From Verrucomicrobiales bacterium (GTDB lineage: Bacteria; Verrucomicrobiota; Verrucomicrobiia; Verrucomicrobiales; V1-33), in NCBI GenBank assembly GCA_031411295.1, contig JANOAV010000150.1, positions 25,216 through 89,215 of the forward strand: DNA of 64,000 nt. Direction: 5' to 3'. A program made the translations under genes and the position numbers. A model generated the notes under the pieces. It saw only the letters and a program-made list of their open reading frames with translations. It was not told the origin of the DNA and did no database searches. Every line of letters begins with the position of its first letter. Within the stretch, counting starts at the first letter, position 1. Positions 37,701 through 49,047 of this stretch are shown one piece after another.

Positions 37701-40454
37701 TCACACCGCGCCATAGACGCTTTGCAGGTGGGCGACGGTTTCGTCCGCGGTGTCGGCCTGCACCACGACCAAGCTGCCGGGAGGGGCCGCAGCCAAGGCC
37801 AGATCCAAGGCCTTCAGGGAGCCGGTGATTTTCTCCAACCGCTTGACGCGCGGGGCATTGATCAACCCTTGCGAGAGCAGGCCCATGATTTCGCCAGGTT
37901 CCCGCCCGCGGCAATAGTCACCTTCGTAGAGCCAGACTTCGTCGAACGCCCGGGAGAGCATTTTGCCTTGTTCCAGAATATCTTCATCCCGCCGATCCCC
38001 TGGAGCGGAGTAAACCGAAATCCGGTGCGTTTGCGGATAGTTTTCCACGGCCTCCAGCAATTTGCGCAAGGCGGAGGGGTTGTGACCATAGTCCACAATA
38101 ACCGTTAGCTCGCCCAGTTCCAATGTATTGAAGCGACCGGCATTTTGCTCCAGCGTAGGCTGGAAAGACCGGCAACCTTGCCGCACCAGATCGTCTGCGA
38201 TGCCCAACGCCCAAGCCGCCGCCACTGCGGCCAGGGTATTTTCCACCTGGAAGCCGACCTTCCCGCCGTGGGTCAAGGGAACGTCCGTTAGCGGGATCAG
38301 ATTCATTTCCCACTCACCTTCTGCGCGGATGATGTTTCCTCCGTGAGTGTAAACGGCTCGTCCACCGGCTTCGCGATGCCGCTGAATAATGGGATTCTGG
38401 CCATCCAGGGCGAAGAAAATAGTGTGGCGGGGATCGGGCATGGCCATCGCGACCACCAACGGATCGGAAGCATTGAGCACGGCGCAACCATCCGGACTGA
38501 CCGTCTTGAGCAAACAGGACTTCACGTCCGCCAACTTCTCCACGGTATCAATGCCGCCCAGTCCCAAGTGATCGCCATCGCCAATGTTCGTAATGATCGC
38601 CACATCACAGCGGTCAAAGGCCAGACCTTCCCGCAGGATGCCGCCACGTGCCGTTTCCAACACGGCTGCATCCACTAACGGATGCGACAACACCAGACGA
38701 GCGCTCTTGGGTCCGCTGCAATCACCTTCATCCAACTTGCGACGGCCTACGAAAATGCCATCGGTGCTGGTGAATCCAACCCGATGGCCGACTTGCTCCA
38801 GCAAATGAGCCGTAAAGCGGGTCGTGGTGGTTTTGCCATTCACGCCAGTTACGGCTACCACCGGAATGCGACCCTGATCGCCCGGGGGGAACATCATCTC
38901 GATCACGGCTTCTCCGACCGGCCGGGGTTTCCCTTCAGAGGGGAACAAGTGCATGCGCAAACCGGGGCGGGCGTTGAGTTCGATGATGGCTCCGTTGCCT
39001 TTGCCTAACGGTAGAGAGACATCGTGCGCCACCAGATCAATCCCGCAAATATCCAAGCCCACGGTCTGGGCCGCCTCAATCATGGCTTCGCGAATGGAAG
39101 GATGCACTTCGTCGGTGACATCCACGGCGGTTCCGCCGGTGCTGAGGTTGGCGTTGCGACGAATGAAAATGACCCGCTCCTTGGCGGGCACGGAATCCGG
39201 GGTTACTTCCTGCTCATGCAGCACGCCCAGCGCTACTTGATCGATGCGAATCTTGCTCAGCGCGGCGGCATGGTCGCTCGCACGGCGGGGATCTTGATTG
39301 GCGATGGCAATGAGTTGGGTGATCGTGTGGATCCCGTCGCCCACGACATTGGCAGGGAGACGTCGCGCGGCGGCTACTAACTGACGGCCCACCACGAGTA
39401 AACGATAGTCCTGACCTTCGGCAAATTGCTCCGTAATCACTGAGGAACTTTCCTCCTTGGCAGCCTCGTAGGCGGCCATGACCTGCTCCCGGGTGAATAA
39501 ATTTACCGCCACCCCCCGACCTTGATTTCCATCGCGTGGCTTGACGACCACGGGCAGGCCGATTTCCTGCGCAGCGGCCCACGCGTCCTCGGGCGAGGAG
39601 ACGGGTCGGCCTGCTGGCACGGGCAGTCCTACTTCCTGTAATAACCGTCGCGTGAGGTCTTTATCCTGCACGATGTCCTCGGCTATGGCGCTGGTGTAAC
39701 TGGTGGCGGCGGCTAGGATTTTCCGTTGCTGACTGCCATATCCCAACTGCACCAGACTGCCTTCGGTGAGTCGATTAACCGGAATACCTGCGGCCAGAGC
39801 GGCATTGACCATGGCGCGGGTGCTTGGCCCCAGGCTGACATCGGCCGCCAATTCCCGCAGGTCTTCCAAGGCCGTCGCGACATCAAAAGTCTCTCCTCGC
39901 AGGGCTGCTTCCAGGATTTTTCCCGCCAAGGCGAGCGCTTCCCGCCCCACCGTTTCCTCGTCATATTGGAAAATGATCCGGTATAAATTTCCACCATCAA
40001 TCGGCAGGACTCTGCCGAAGGCAAGATGGGTGCCGGTGCTGTTCTGCAGATGCAGGCACAATTGCTGCAAGAGGAAAGCCAGCGCAGGCTTCGTGAGGTC
40101 GTCCCCGGATGGCGGGGCGAAGTCCGGGAGCCACGTGTGCAGATTTTCCCGCCACAACGGATGCACGTCGGGACGTGGCCACACTTCCACCCAGCATTCG
40201 ATGAGGGTCAGAGTGGACCAAAGATTGGGACCACGTAAGGCCAGCGTTTTGCTGATCTGATACGTGCGAAGATCGCGAGTTTGAGATGGAGTGGACAAAG
40301 ACTGTATGGGGACGCTTCCCGGCCAGAAGCTGGGAGAATTTTTCGTAACGGAAATTTTGACGAGCGGCAAGATGAAATATTCGCACTTTAATGATAAATT
40401 CTTCAAAATCTCACGTAGGGGCGCCTTCGCGTAGTCCCCAGGACCGTTCTCCAT
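37701..40454 (-). CDS. cphA: Cyanophycin synthetase
   Basis: ALRGPNLWS, LGPST, VQLGYG, VVKPRDGNQGRGV, NLSTGG, PGLRMH, VTGVNGKTTT, LETARGGILREGL, DYGHN; true start probably about 40260-40330. Confidence 0.92.
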   Translation of the reverse strand: MENGPGDYAKAPLREILKNLSLKCEYFILPLVKISVTKNSPSFWPGSVPIQSLSTPSQTRDLRTYQISKTLALRGPNLWSTLTLIECWVEVWPRPDVHPLWRENLHTWLPDFAPPSGDDLTKPALAFLLQQLCLHLQNSTGTHLAFGRVLPIDGGNLYRIIFQYDEETVGREALALAGKILEAALRGETFDVATALEDLRELAADVSLGPSTRAMVNAALAAGIPVNRLTEGSLVQLGYGSQQRKILAAATSYTSAIAEDIVQDKDLTRRLLQEVGLPVPAGRPVSSPEDAWAAAQEIGLPVVVKPRDGNQGRGVAVNLFTREQVMAAYEAAKEESSSVITEQFAEGQDYRLLVVGRQLVAAARRLPANVVGDGIHTITQLIAIANQDPRRASDHAAALSKIRIDQVALGVLHEQEVTPDSVPAKERVIFIRRNANLSTGGTAVDVTDEVHPSIREAMIEAAQTVGLDICGIDLVAHDVSLPLGKGNGAIIELNARPGLRMHLFPSEGKPRPVGEAVIEMMFPPGDQGRIPVVAVTGVNGKTTTTRFTAHLLEQVGHRVGFTSTDGIFVGRRKLDEGDCSGPKSARLVLSHPLVDAAVLETARGGILREGLAFDRCDVAIITNIGDGDHLGLGGIDTVEKLADVKSCLLKTVSPDGCAVLNASDPLVVAMAMPDPRHTIFFALDGQNPIIQRHREAGGRAVYTHGGNIIRAEGEWEMNLIPLTDVPLTHGGKVGFQVENTLAAVAAAWALGIADDLVRQGCRSFQPTLEQNAGRFNTLELGELTVIVDYGHNPSALRKLLEAVENYPQTHRISVYSAPGDRRDEDILEQGKMLSRAFDEVWLYEGDYCRGREPGEIMGLLSQGLINAPRVKRLEKITGSLKALDLALAAAPPGSLVVVQADTADETVAHLQSVYGAV

Positions 40455-40500
40455 CGGTTGCGATTGACCAACCCGCGTTCCCGCGTTTCCTGTGATCTAC

Positions 40501-40869
40501 ATGGCCGATCTCACTACCATCGCGAGCAATCTCCAACTGGCCCACCACCAACGCCACATTTTCCTCTGTGCGGACCAGAGTGAGCCGCTGTGTTGTTCTT
40601 CTGAGGCTGGATTGGCGGCTTGGGAATACCTCAAACGACGACTCAAGGAACTCGGTAAAACGGCACCAGAAAAGCTCATTTACCGCACCAAAGCCAACTG
40701 CCTGCGGGTGTGCACCAGGGGCCCCATTGCAGTGGTCTATCCCGAGGGAACTTGGTATCATTCCTGCACCCCGGAAGTGCTGGAGGAGATCATCCAAAAA
40801 CATCTTCTCAACGGCCAAATTGTCGCTCCCTACGCTTTTGCGCAAAACCCCATGAATCCACCACCATGA
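40501..40869 (+). CDS. Thioredoxin-like [2Fe-2S] ferredoxin
   Basis: RHIFLC...[27 protein letters not shown]. Confidence 0.9.
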   Translation: MADLTTIASNLQLAHHQRHIFLCADQSEPLCCSSEAGLAAWEYLKRRLKELGKTAPEKLIYRTKANCLRVCTRGPIAVVYPEGTWYHSCTPEVLEEIIQKHLLNGQIVAPYAFAQNPMNPPP

Positions 40870-41375
40870 CTGCCTACTATCAAATTTTCGCGACCCCGAC
40901 TGGACCGTTTTCCCTCGGGGTAAATGCTGACGGAGCCGTCCTCGCCACTGCTTTTGGCGACCTGGAGCGCTTGCAAACGCGGGTCAGCGCTGACGCCTGG
41001 GAACAGGATGCCGCACGCACCCAAGCCGCGCGGACGCAGGTGGAGGAATATTTCGCAGGGCATCGCCAACACTTCGAATTACCCCTCGCACCCGTCGGCA
41101 CGGCCTTCCAAAAGCAAGTCTGGGCCGCGCTAGCGGAAATCCCCTTCGGCCAGACTCGGAGTTATGCCGAGGTGGCTGCCACCATCCAATCGGGTGCCAG
41201 AGCCGTGGGCAATGCCAACGGGGCCAATCCCATTGCTCTCATCGTTCCGTGCCATCGGGTGATTGGCGCAAACGGCAGTCTGACTGGCTTTGCCTTCGGA
41301 GAACCCATCAAACAACGGTTGCTGGAAATCGAAGGCGTCTGGCCCACCGAATTACCTTGGGCGCACGCAGGCTAG
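40866..41375 (+). CDS. ogt: Methylated-DNA--protein-cysteine methyltransferase
   Basis: [36 protein letters not shown]. Confidence 0.93.
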   Translation: MTAYYQIFATPTGPFSLGVNADGAVLATAFGDLERLQTRVSADAWEQDAARTQAARTQVEEYFAGHRQHFELPLAPVGTAFQKQVWAALAEIPFGQTRSYAEVAATIQSGARAVGNANGANPIALIVPCHRVIGANGSLTGFAFGEPIKQRLLEIEGVWPTELPWAHAG

Positions 41376-42364
41376 GGAGTGGCTGACAGCAAGGTCGCCA
41401 ATCGCACCGCCGCCAACAAGCTCCCCGGATCCGCCTCGCCCTTCCACGCGATATCGAACGCCGTGCCGTGATCCACGCTCGTGCGAGTTACTGGTAAACC
41501 CAGGGTGGTATTAACGGCCGAATCGAAGGCGATCATTTTCACCGGGATGTGCCCCTGATCATGATACATGCAGATCACCGCATCGTATTGTTTGCGCGCA
41601 GCGGGCGTGAAAGCAGTGTCTGGCGGCACGGGGCCAGTGAGATCATACCCCAACGCTCGCGCCGTGGCGATGGCGGGCTCGATAAATCTTTCCTCCTCGC
41701 GTTCGCCAAATAATCCGTGCTCGCCCGCATGAGGGTTCAACCCACACACCAGCAACTTCGGCTCCCGTCCGCGAATCCGCCGGAGGGCTTGTGCCGTGAG
41801 TTCGATGACGTCCACGATGCGCTCTGGTTTCAGCAGTGCAGGGACCTCATGATAGCCCACATGAACCGTGACGAAACTGCACGTGATCAACTCGGAATAC
41901 TGCATCATGCAGGATCGTTCCGCCTGCATGCGCTCTGCGAAAATCTCCGTGTGCCCCGGGAAATGATGCCCTGCCGCGTGCAGCGCCTCCTTATTCAGCG
42001 GGCCGGTGGAAACAGCGGCTACTTTGCCAGCCAATCCAGCTGCAATGGCTCGAATCACATATTGAAAGGCCGCCTCCCCGCAGCGCGCGTCCACGCGACC
42101 TGGTGTGATGGCATCCGCATCGACGCACGCACAGTCGAGCACTGTGGGCTCTGTCAGTGCAGGCGCTTCCGCCATCCAAACATCGTAATTTAATACAGGA
42201 CTTGTAAATGGAATCCCGGTCGCCTCTGAGACTCGACGCAGGATTCCTGCGTCTCCAAAGACAAGGGGCACGCAACCTGCGGGAACTTGATTCAACAAAC
42301 GCAGGCAAAGCTCCGGACCGACTCCGGCGGGATCTCCCATAGTGATGGCGATAAGTGGGGGCAT
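41372..42364 (-). CDS. pdxA: 4-hydroxythreonine-4-phosphate dehydrogenase, PdxA family
   Basis: ITMGDPAGVGPE, PGHTE, GLNPHAGE, MYHDQGHIP, RTSVDHGTAFDIA. Confidence 0.92.
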   Translation of the reverse strand: MPPLIAITMGDPAGVGPELCLRLLNQVPAGCVPLVFGDAGILRRVSEATGIPFTSPVLNYDVWMAEAPALTEPTVLDCACVDADAITPGRVDARCGEAAFQYVIRAIAAGLAGKVAAVSTGPLNKEALHAAGHHFPGHTEIFAERMQAERSCMMQYSELITCSFVTVHVGYHEVPALLKPERIVDVIELTAQALRRIRGREPKLLVCGLNPHAGEHGLFGEREEERFIEPAIATARALGYDLTGPVPPDTAFTPAARKQYDAVICMYHDQGHIPVKMIAFDSAVNTTLGLPVTRTSVDHGTAFDIAWKGEADPGSLLAAVRLATLLSATP

Positions 42365-42449
42365 ATCGTTTCCCTAAGCGCATTGCCAGCAAAGAACAAG
42401 AGCCAGATGCGGCTCGTTCGTGCACCCGTTGAGACGCTTTGCGGCCCCG

Positions 42450-43127
42450 TTAGGAACGACGCTTTTTGCCCTGCTTCAGTGCCTGGATGACCTTGGCTTT
42501 GTCCTGTTTCAGCAGAGCCTTCACGTCGAGGATCAAGCCGGGGAAGACTTTGCTGGAGAGTATCCCCGCCGTTTCCTTCTGCGCCACAAATTCGCCCTCC
42601 ACCAGCAGAAACCAAAGGACGCGCTGTTCTTGCACTAACCACACGAGATACTCCGCCACTCCATTACGTCGATAGGCTTGGAACTTGGCATGCAGATCGA
42701 TGGATGCGCTGGAAGAAGCAATCTCACAGACCAAACCAGGCGCGCCGTGCAGATAACCTGTGTCATCCAGCCATACGCTTCCACCCGCGCTAGGCTGGCA
42801 CAGAATGGCATCCGGCTGCACCGCGTTATCTCCATCCAGAATCAGGGAGGCATTAGGGTAAACTTTTAATTCCGGGTAGTCTAGACTGTAGGTCCCAAGC
42901 CAGAGCTGAATTAATCCATCTGGTCCGGCGTGAAAGGCGGCATTTACGGGTGAGGGCAGGTGAACGAATCCTTCGATGAGTTGGGCTTTCCGCACCCCAG
43001 GGGCGGCTTCATAGCGGCGCATAAACTCTGCCACCGTCAGTCGATCCCCGTTCTCCAATGTCGGCGGGCGCATCGGAACGATACGTTTCCGACGCGCTGC
43101 ACGAGGTGGTTCGAGGATGCTTGCCAT
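42450..43127 (-). CDS. Uma2-family endonuclease
   Basis: LENGDRL, QPDAIL, GAPGLVCEIASSS, YRRNGVAEYLVW, FPGLILD. Confidence 0.9.
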   Translation of the reverse strand: MASILEPPRAARRKRIVPMRPPTLENGDRLTVAEFMRRYEAAPGVRKAQLIEGFVHLPSPVNAAFHAGPDGLIQLWLGTYSLDYPELKVYPNASLILDGDNAVQPDAILCQPSAGGSVWLDDTGYLHGAPGLVCEIASSSASIDLHAKFQAYRRNGVAEYLVWLVQEQRVLWFLLVEGEFVAQKETAGILSSKVFPGLILDVKALLKQDKAKVIQALKQGKKRRS

Positions 43128-43257
43128 GCCTTCAGGCTACAATGAACTGACTATATTGCAAGGTTGGAGTTGAACTCTGCCCCCACACACATGCGGGAAT
43201 TATAACTTTACGAAGTGCCCTCTCGGCTTCAGTAGGAGGGATTCAATTGCTTGCCGT

Positions 43258-45057
43258 ATGCCCGCCACTGCCGAACTCCCCATCACCAATATTTCCTGCT
43301 ATAAATTCACCCCGCTCACGAATCTGAAGTCCCGTCGGGAGGAACTCATGGCGCGCTGTAAGGACGCGGATTTGAAAGGAACCATCCTGCTGAGCACGGA
43401 AGGCATCAATCTCTTCGTGGCCGGACCGCGGGAGAAAGTGGATGAACTGGTGGCCGAACTCCGCAGTTGGCCCGGATTGGAGGATCTCGCGCCGAAATAC
43501 AGCCCCAGCGAGGAACAACCGTTCCGCAGGATGCTGGTCCGCATCAAGAAAGAGATCATCGCCTTCGGCGTGGAGGGGATCAATCCATCCCTGCGCACCT
43601 CCCCCAAACTGAAGGCGCAGGAACTGAAACAATGGCTCGATGAAGGCCGTCCCATTACTCTGCTCGACACCCGGAACGATTACGAAGTGGAGTTGGGAAC
43701 CTTTCGCGGAGCGGTAATCCCCCACATCGATCACTTCCGCAGCTTCCCCGAAGCCGTGCGGAAGTTGCCAGCAGAAATGAAGGACCAACCCATCGTCATG
43801 TTCTGCACGGGCGGGATTCGTTGCGAGAAGGCCGGGCCATTCATGGAGCGAGAGGGCTTCAAACACATCTACCAGTTGGACGGCGGCATCCTGAAATACT
43901 TCGAGGAGTGTGGAGGCGCACATTATGATGGCGAGTGCTTCGTGTTCGATCAACGCGTGGGTCTGGACCCGCACCTCGAAGAATCCGACACCATGGTCTG
44001 CTACCAATGTCAGGCCCCCGTGAGCGCGGAAGATCAAGCCTCTCCCAAATTTGTCGTTGGTAAATCATGCCCGCACTGTTTCAAGGATTCAGACCAAATC
44101 CGCGCGGAGAATTTAGCGCTGCGGAGACGTCGGTTGCTGGAAATCCGCGATCCCCTGCCCGGCAGCGTCCCGTATGATAACTATCGCCCCATGTCGGTCA
44201 CCACGCGATTCGACGGACTCACGCTGGCGGAATTTCTGGCTGGTGCCTTCCCCCATCATGCGGCAGAGAAATGGGACGCCTTGTTTGCCGCAGGGCAGAT
44301 TCGGGATGAGGCGCATCAGATTGTGCCGCCGTCGCAGATTGTTCGTGCTGGGGAGCGTTACGTGCAGTTCATCCCGCAGTTACTGGAGCCTCCGGTGAAT
44401 CCGAACGTCGAATTCCTCTACGAAGACCAGGCCCTGGCGGTCATCAGCAAACCCGCCCCGCTTCCCATGCATCCCGGCGGGCGATTCAATCGCAACACGC
44501 TCCAGTATCTGCTGGATAAAGTGTTCTGGCCCAGCAAGTTGCGCCCGGTGCATCGCCTGGATGCCAACACGACCGGATTACTCGTGCTGGGCCGCACCCG
44601 GCAAATGGCCTCCCTCCTGCAACCGCAGTTCCAGCGGGGCGAAGTGGAGAAAATTTACCTCGCCCGGGTCCACGGCCACCCTCCAGATGACGCCTTCATT
44701 TCTACCGCCGCCATCAGCGATGAACCAGACGAATGCGGCCGGCGCAACCCCGATGAAAACGGCCAGTCCGCCCGCACCGAATTCCGCGTCGTGGAGCGCT
44801 CCACCAACGGCACCGCCCTGCTGGAATGCAAACCCATCACCGGCCGCACCAACCAAATCCGCATCCATCTCTGGCTGCTAGGATTCCCCATCGTCGGTGA
44901 TGGCACCTACCTCCCCAACGGAGCAACCGGCCACCAGCAAACGCTGGACCTCGACGCCCCGCCCATGGCCCTGCACGCATGGAAATTAGCGTTCAACCAC
45001 CCCCTAACCGGTGAGCGCATGCGCTTCCAAGTCGAGCCCGGCCCCGCCCTAAAGTAG
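43258..45057 (+). CDS. TrhO-type rhodanese fused to an RluA-family pseudouridine synthase
   Basis: LKGTILLSTEGIN, DTRNDYE, FCTGGIRCEKA, LDGGILKY; then KPAPLPMHP, HRLDANTTG, TGRTNQIRIH. Confidence 0.88.
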   Translation: MPATAELPITNISCYKFTPLTNLKSRREELMARCKDADLKGTILLSTEGINLFVAGPREKVDELVAELRSWPGLEDLAPKYSPSEEQPFRRMLVRIKKEIIAFGVEGINPSLRTSPKLKAQELKQWLDEGRPITLLDTRNDYEVELGTFRGAVIPHIDHFRSFPEAVRKLPAEMKDQPIVMFCTGGIRCEKAGPFMEREGFKHIYQLDGGILKYFEECGGAHYDGECFVFDQRVGLDPHLEESDTMVCYQCQAPVSAEDQASPKFVVGKSCPHCFKDSDQIRAENLALRRRRLLEIRDPLPGSVPYDNYRPMSVTTRFDGLTLAEFLAGAFPHHAAEKWDALFAAGQIRDEAHQIVPPSQIVRAGERYVQFIPQLLEPPVNPNVEFLYEDQALAVISKPAPLPMHPGGRFNRNTLQYLLDKVFWPSKLRPVHRLDANTTGLLVLGRTRQMASLLQPQFQRGEVEKIYLARVHGHPPDDAFISTAAISDEPDECGRRNPDENGQSARTEFRVVERSTNGTALLECKPITGRTNQIRIHLWLLGFPIVGDGTYLPNGATGHQQTLDLDAPPMALHAWKLAFNHPLTGERMRFQVEPGPALK

Positions 45058-45239
45058 CCGCCATGTCTCCCAGTGGCGGCAAGTCGGTGCATTATCTTCC
45101 CTGAAAGACCTTGGCAGCCACCCGTTGGCCCGCAACCTGCTTTCTTCACCGAAATTTCCCGCCACTCCCAACTTGCCGCCCTCGAAATTCCCTCTAGGCT
45201 GCTGGTTCAAACTTTAAATCCACCCACCCCGAACATTCC

Positions 45240-48035
45240 GTGAAACAAACGATCAAGACCTTCACCACTGGCGCTAACACCTCTGGAACTTACTATTCCC
45301 TGCCTGCTCTGGCGGAGCAAGGAATCGCTCCCAAGTTGTCCAAGTTGCCCATTTCCATTCGTTTGGTGTTGGAATCCTTGGTGCGGAATTGCGATGGCAA
45401 AAAAGTGACCGAGCAGGACGTGAAGAACCTAGCCAACTGGAATGCCAAGGCTCCGGGCGAGTATGAAATTCCGTTTGTCGTCGCTCGGATCGTTCTTCAG
45501 GACTTCACGGGCGTGCCGCTGTTGGTAGATTTGGCGGCCATGCGCTCGGCGGTGGATCGCCTGGGCAAGGACGCGAAAATGATCGAGCCGCTGGTCCCCG
45601 TGGACCTCGTGGTGGACCACAGCGTGCAGGTGGATTTCGCGGGCACGGGCGATTCTCTGGCGCGGAATTTGGATCTGGAATTCCATCGGAATCGCGAACG
45701 TTATGAATTTCTGAAGTGGGGCGAACAAGCGTTCGATACCTTCAAAGTCGTGCCCCCGGGCATCGGGATCGTGCACCAAGTGAACTTGGAATATTTGGCC
45801 AAGGGCGTGTTGGAGAAAGACGGCGTTTACTATCCCGACACGTTAGTGGGAACGGACAGCCACACCACCATGATCAACGGCTTGGGCGTCGTGGGTTGGG
45901 GCGTGGGCGGAATTGAAGCGGAAGCAGGCATGTTAGGTCAGCCTGTGACGTTCCTCGTTCCTGAAGTGGTCGGCGTTTATCTCAGTGGCGATCTGAAGCC
46001 TGGCGTTACTGCCACGGACATGGTGCTGCTGGTCACGGAGATTTTGCGCAAGACCAAGGTAGTCGGTAAATTTGTGGAATTCTTCGGCCCCGGTGCTCGC
46101 GCACTGAGTGTCCCTGACCGCGCTACGATCGCGAACATGGCTCCTGAATATGGTGCCACGATGGGCTTCTTCGGGATCGATGAAAACACCATTGCTTATC
46201 TGCGTGGCACGGGTCGTTCCGAAGCCCTCTGTGGCACAGTGGAAAATTACTACAAGGCCCAGGGCTTGTGGGGCATTCCGGTGGAAAAAGACGCCATCGA
46301 TTTCACCCAAGTCGTTGAGCTGGATCTAGGTTCCGTGAAACCCGGTGTGGCCGGTCCCAAGCGGCCGCAGGACCGCATCGATGTGGATGCGCTTAAGACC
46401 AAGTGGAACGAAATTTTGACCAAAACCGCTCCGGATGGCTATGGTAAAAAACCGCTCGCAGGTGCGGGCGCCTTTGACGGAGTCGTGGAGCCAACTGGCC
46501 TCGAATCCATCGCTGGAGCCGATGCCGAAGTGGTGGATGCGCCTAACGAAGGCGGCTACCCAGCCTGGGACGTGAAGGTGGACAGCAAAGGCGGCATTTC
46601 CGATACGATCACGCACGGTAGCGTATTGATTGCGGCCATCACCAGTTGCACCAATACCTCCAATCCCAGCGTCATGCTAGCCGCTGGCCTGCTGGCGCAA
46701 AAGGCCAACGCCAAAGGCCTGAAAGTGAACCCATCCATCAAAACCAGCCTGGGGCCAGGATCCCGCGTGGTGACGGATTATTTGAATAAGACAAATTTGC
46801 AGGTGGAGTTGGATAAACTCGGCTTCCAGACCGTCGGCTACGGATGCACCACCTGTATCGGCAACAGCGGACCGCTGGATCCCGGTATCGAAGACGTCGT
46901 TAAGGCCGAGGACATCGTGGCGGCTAGTGTGCTGTCAGGAAATCGGAATTTCGAAGCGCGCGTGCACCAAAGCATCAAGGCGAATTTCCTCATGTCCCCA
47001 CCGCTCGTCGTGGCTTACGCCCTGGCTGGCACGGTGGATATCGATCTCACCACCGAACCTCTCGGCACCAGCGCGGACGGCCAGCCCGTCATGTTAGCCG
47101 ATATCTGGCCCACCTTGAACGAAGTGCAGGATGCCATGGCCAGCGCCTTGTCACCAGCGGTCTTCCAGAAGCTCTACACCGGCTTTGCCGAGCAGAACCC
47201 CAAGTGGAACGAGATCCCCGCCAGCGTGGGCCACGTTTACAACTGGAACAAGGATTCCACCTACATCCAAGAGCCACCGTTCTTCGATAAATTCAGCATG
47301 ACCCCGGGCGACATCGTGGAAATCAAGGGAGCACGTCCGTTAGGCATCTTTGGCGACAGCGTCACCACCGACCACATTTCGCCCGCGGGCAACATCAAGA
47401 AAGATGGCCCTGCCGGAAAATATCTGGGCGAAAACGGCGTGCCCGTGGCCGACTACAACAGCTTCGGCAGCCGTCGGGGCAACGACCGCGTGATGACCCG
47501 CGGCACCTTCGCCAACGTCCGCATCAAGAACCTGATGCTGGGCGGCAAAGAAGGCGGAAACACGCTCTACAATGGCGAAGAAATGTCCATTTACGATGCC
47601 GCCCAAAAATACGCTGCCACCGGCACCCCGCTCATCTGTATTGGCGCGGAAGACTACGGCATGGGCAGCAGTCGCGACTGGGCCGCCAAAGGCACCAATC
47701 TCCTGGGCGTCAAAGCCGTCATCACCAAGAGCTTCGAGCGCATCCACCGCAGCAACCTCGTAGGCATGGGCGTCCTCCCATGCAACTTCAAGAACAAAGA
47801 CGACTACGAAAAAGTCAAAGGCCTAACCGACGCCACCTTCGACCTCCTGGGCATCAGCAACGACATGAAACCCATGTCCGAAGCCACCCTCCGAGTCCAC
47901 ACCGCCGGCACCACCCCAACTTCATTTGACATCCCCGTCATCGTCCGCATCGACACCCCCATCGAAATCGACTACTACCGCGCCGGCGGCATCCTGCCCT
48001 ACGTGCTGGCGCAGATTCTGCGGGAGCAGAGGTAG
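45240..48035 (+). CDS. acnA: Aconitate hydratase A
   Basis: [55 protein letters not shown]. Confidence 0.97.
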   Translation: MKQTIKTFTTGANTSGTYYSLPALAEQGIAPKLSKLPISIRLVLESLVRNCDGKKVTEQDVKNLANWNAKAPGEYEIPFVVARIVLQDFTGVPLLVDLAAMRSAVDRLGKDAKMIEPLVPVDLVVDHSVQVDFAGTGDSLARNLDLEFHRNRERYEFLKWGEQAFDTFKVVPPGIGIVHQVNLEYLAKGVLEKDGVYYPDTLVGTDSHTTMINGLGVVGWGVGGIEAEAGMLGQPVTFLVPEVVGVYLSGDLKPGVTATDMVLLVTEILRKTKVVGKFVEFFGPGARALSVPDRATIANMAPEYGATMGFFGIDENTIAYLRGTGRSEALCGTVENYYKAQGLWGIPVEKDAIDFTQVVELDLGSVKPGVAGPKRPQDRIDVDALKTKWNEILTKTAPDGYGKKPLAGAGAFDGVVEPTGLESIAGADAEVVDAPNEGGYPAWDVKVDSKGGISDTITHGSVLIAAITSCTNTSNPSVMLAAGLLAQKANAKGLKVNPSIKTSLGPGSRVVTDYLNKTNLQVELDKLGFQTVGYGCTTCIGNSGPLDPGIEDVVKAEDIVAASVLSGNRNFEARVHQSIKANFLMSPPLVVAYALAGTVDIDLTTEPLGTSADGQPVMLADIWPTLNEVQDAMASALSPAVFQKLYTGFAEQNPKWNEIPASVGHVYNWNKDSTYIQEPPFFDKFSMTPGDIVEIKGARPLGIFGDSVTTDHISPAGNIKKDGPAGKYLGENGVPVADYNSFGSRRGNDRVMTRGTFANVRIKNLMLGGKEGGNTLYNGEEMSIYDAAQKYAATGTPLICIGAEDYGMGSSRDWAAKGTNLLGVKAVITKSFERIHRSNLVGMGVLPCNFKNKDDYEKVKGLTDATFDLLGISNDMKPMSEATLRVHTAGTTPTSFDIPVIVRIDTPIEIDYYRAGGILPYVLAQILREQR

Positions 48036-48063
48036 GGGCAGATCCTTTGATTGGCTGACTCCA

Positions 48064-48087
48064 TCTGCGCGGCTTTTGCCGCGCAGA
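48064..48087. terminator. GC-rich hairpin after acnA
   Basis: TCTGCGCGGC TTTT GCCGCGCAGA; no clear U-tract, so it could be a REP instead. Confidence 0.35.
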
Positions 48088-48291
48088 GACACTCCGCTAT
48101 CTCAAAATATTCCTGTGGACTCACAGAGGCATCTGGCGCAACTTCTGTATAGCTTGTGCCAGTGCCGTCGCTGGCGAAGTTACAGAGTATGCGGCCCGCT
48201 ATCTGTGGCCACCACCACTAGCCGAAGCGAAAGGAGAGACCTTCCCCAATCTTGGCAAGCTGGCGGTTCTTGGGAGTCAAAAGAATGATTT

Positions 48292-48954
48292 ATGGCAAAA
48301 CCAATCAGCATCGGTCCACTGAATTTCAAATTGAAGAAGGATGCACTCAAATTCATCCGTGAAATTCGAGATAGCTATCGCGATAGTGAAATCGTCTCTG
48401 CTGCTCACGCCTCCTTCCTAACGGACTTGCTGGAGCTTCACCCAGAGGCTGTAGAAAAGGTCAGTGTGGGAATCCGATACTTCACAGTGGAACTGGACAC
48501 TGAATTTAGGAGGAACCGACATTTCGTGGTTCATCGCATCGACGGAACCCACTCAGATTTCTCATTTCCGACGTGTTTGGAGCGAGCCAATCCGCGCAAA
48601 GATACTTTGACCGCTCTACGCCAAGCGGTAAAAAATTCTGTGCTTAATTTCCGATCCTCCGCCTTCGCCCGTGGCCAAGTCCGGTGCCCTTTTCTCGATT
48701 GCGTCCTGGACGCGCATTCTTGCCATGTCGATCATGTTCCACCGCTGACGTTTCTAAAGCTCGTTGGTGACTGGTTGGATGTTACCCAACAAAATTTGGA
48801 AGACGTGCGAATTACTTTGCCTCGGGATAATCAGCTGGTGGCAACGATGATTGATCCTCAACAGGAAGCCGCTTGGATAGACTTCCACGACTCCCATGCG
48901 GAACTGCGCATCACTAGTAAATTGGGAAATCTTTCGCACGCCAAGAAAAGGTAA
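48292..48954 (+). CDS. DCL family (DUF3223) protein with HNH-like C-terminal motif
   Basis: LLELHPEAVEKVSVGI...FVVHRIDGTHSDFSFPTCL, then CP...CHVDHVPP. Confidence 0.72.
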   Translation: MAKPISIGPLNFKLKKDALKFIREIRDSYRDSEIVSAAHASFLTDLLELHPEAVEKVSVGIRYFTVELDTEFRRNRHFVVHRIDGTHSDFSFPTCLERANPRKDTLTALRQAVKNSVLNFRSSAFARGQVRCPFLDCVLDAHSCHVDHVPPLTFLKLVGDWLDVTQQNLEDVRITLPRDNQLVATMIDPQQEAAWIDFHDSHAELRITSKLGNLSHAKKR

Positions 48955-49047
48955 CTTCCTGATTTTGGAATCTTTTTTCAGATTTCTGATCTTGGACGGT
49001 CGAATTCCGCGAGCAAATACGAGATACTCTAAAAGGACATCTCGAGA

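Noticed and set aside
46440..46610. Unusual insert in AcnA as another coding REP
   Set aside because: No inverted arms seen, and this linker is naturally variable in AcnA.
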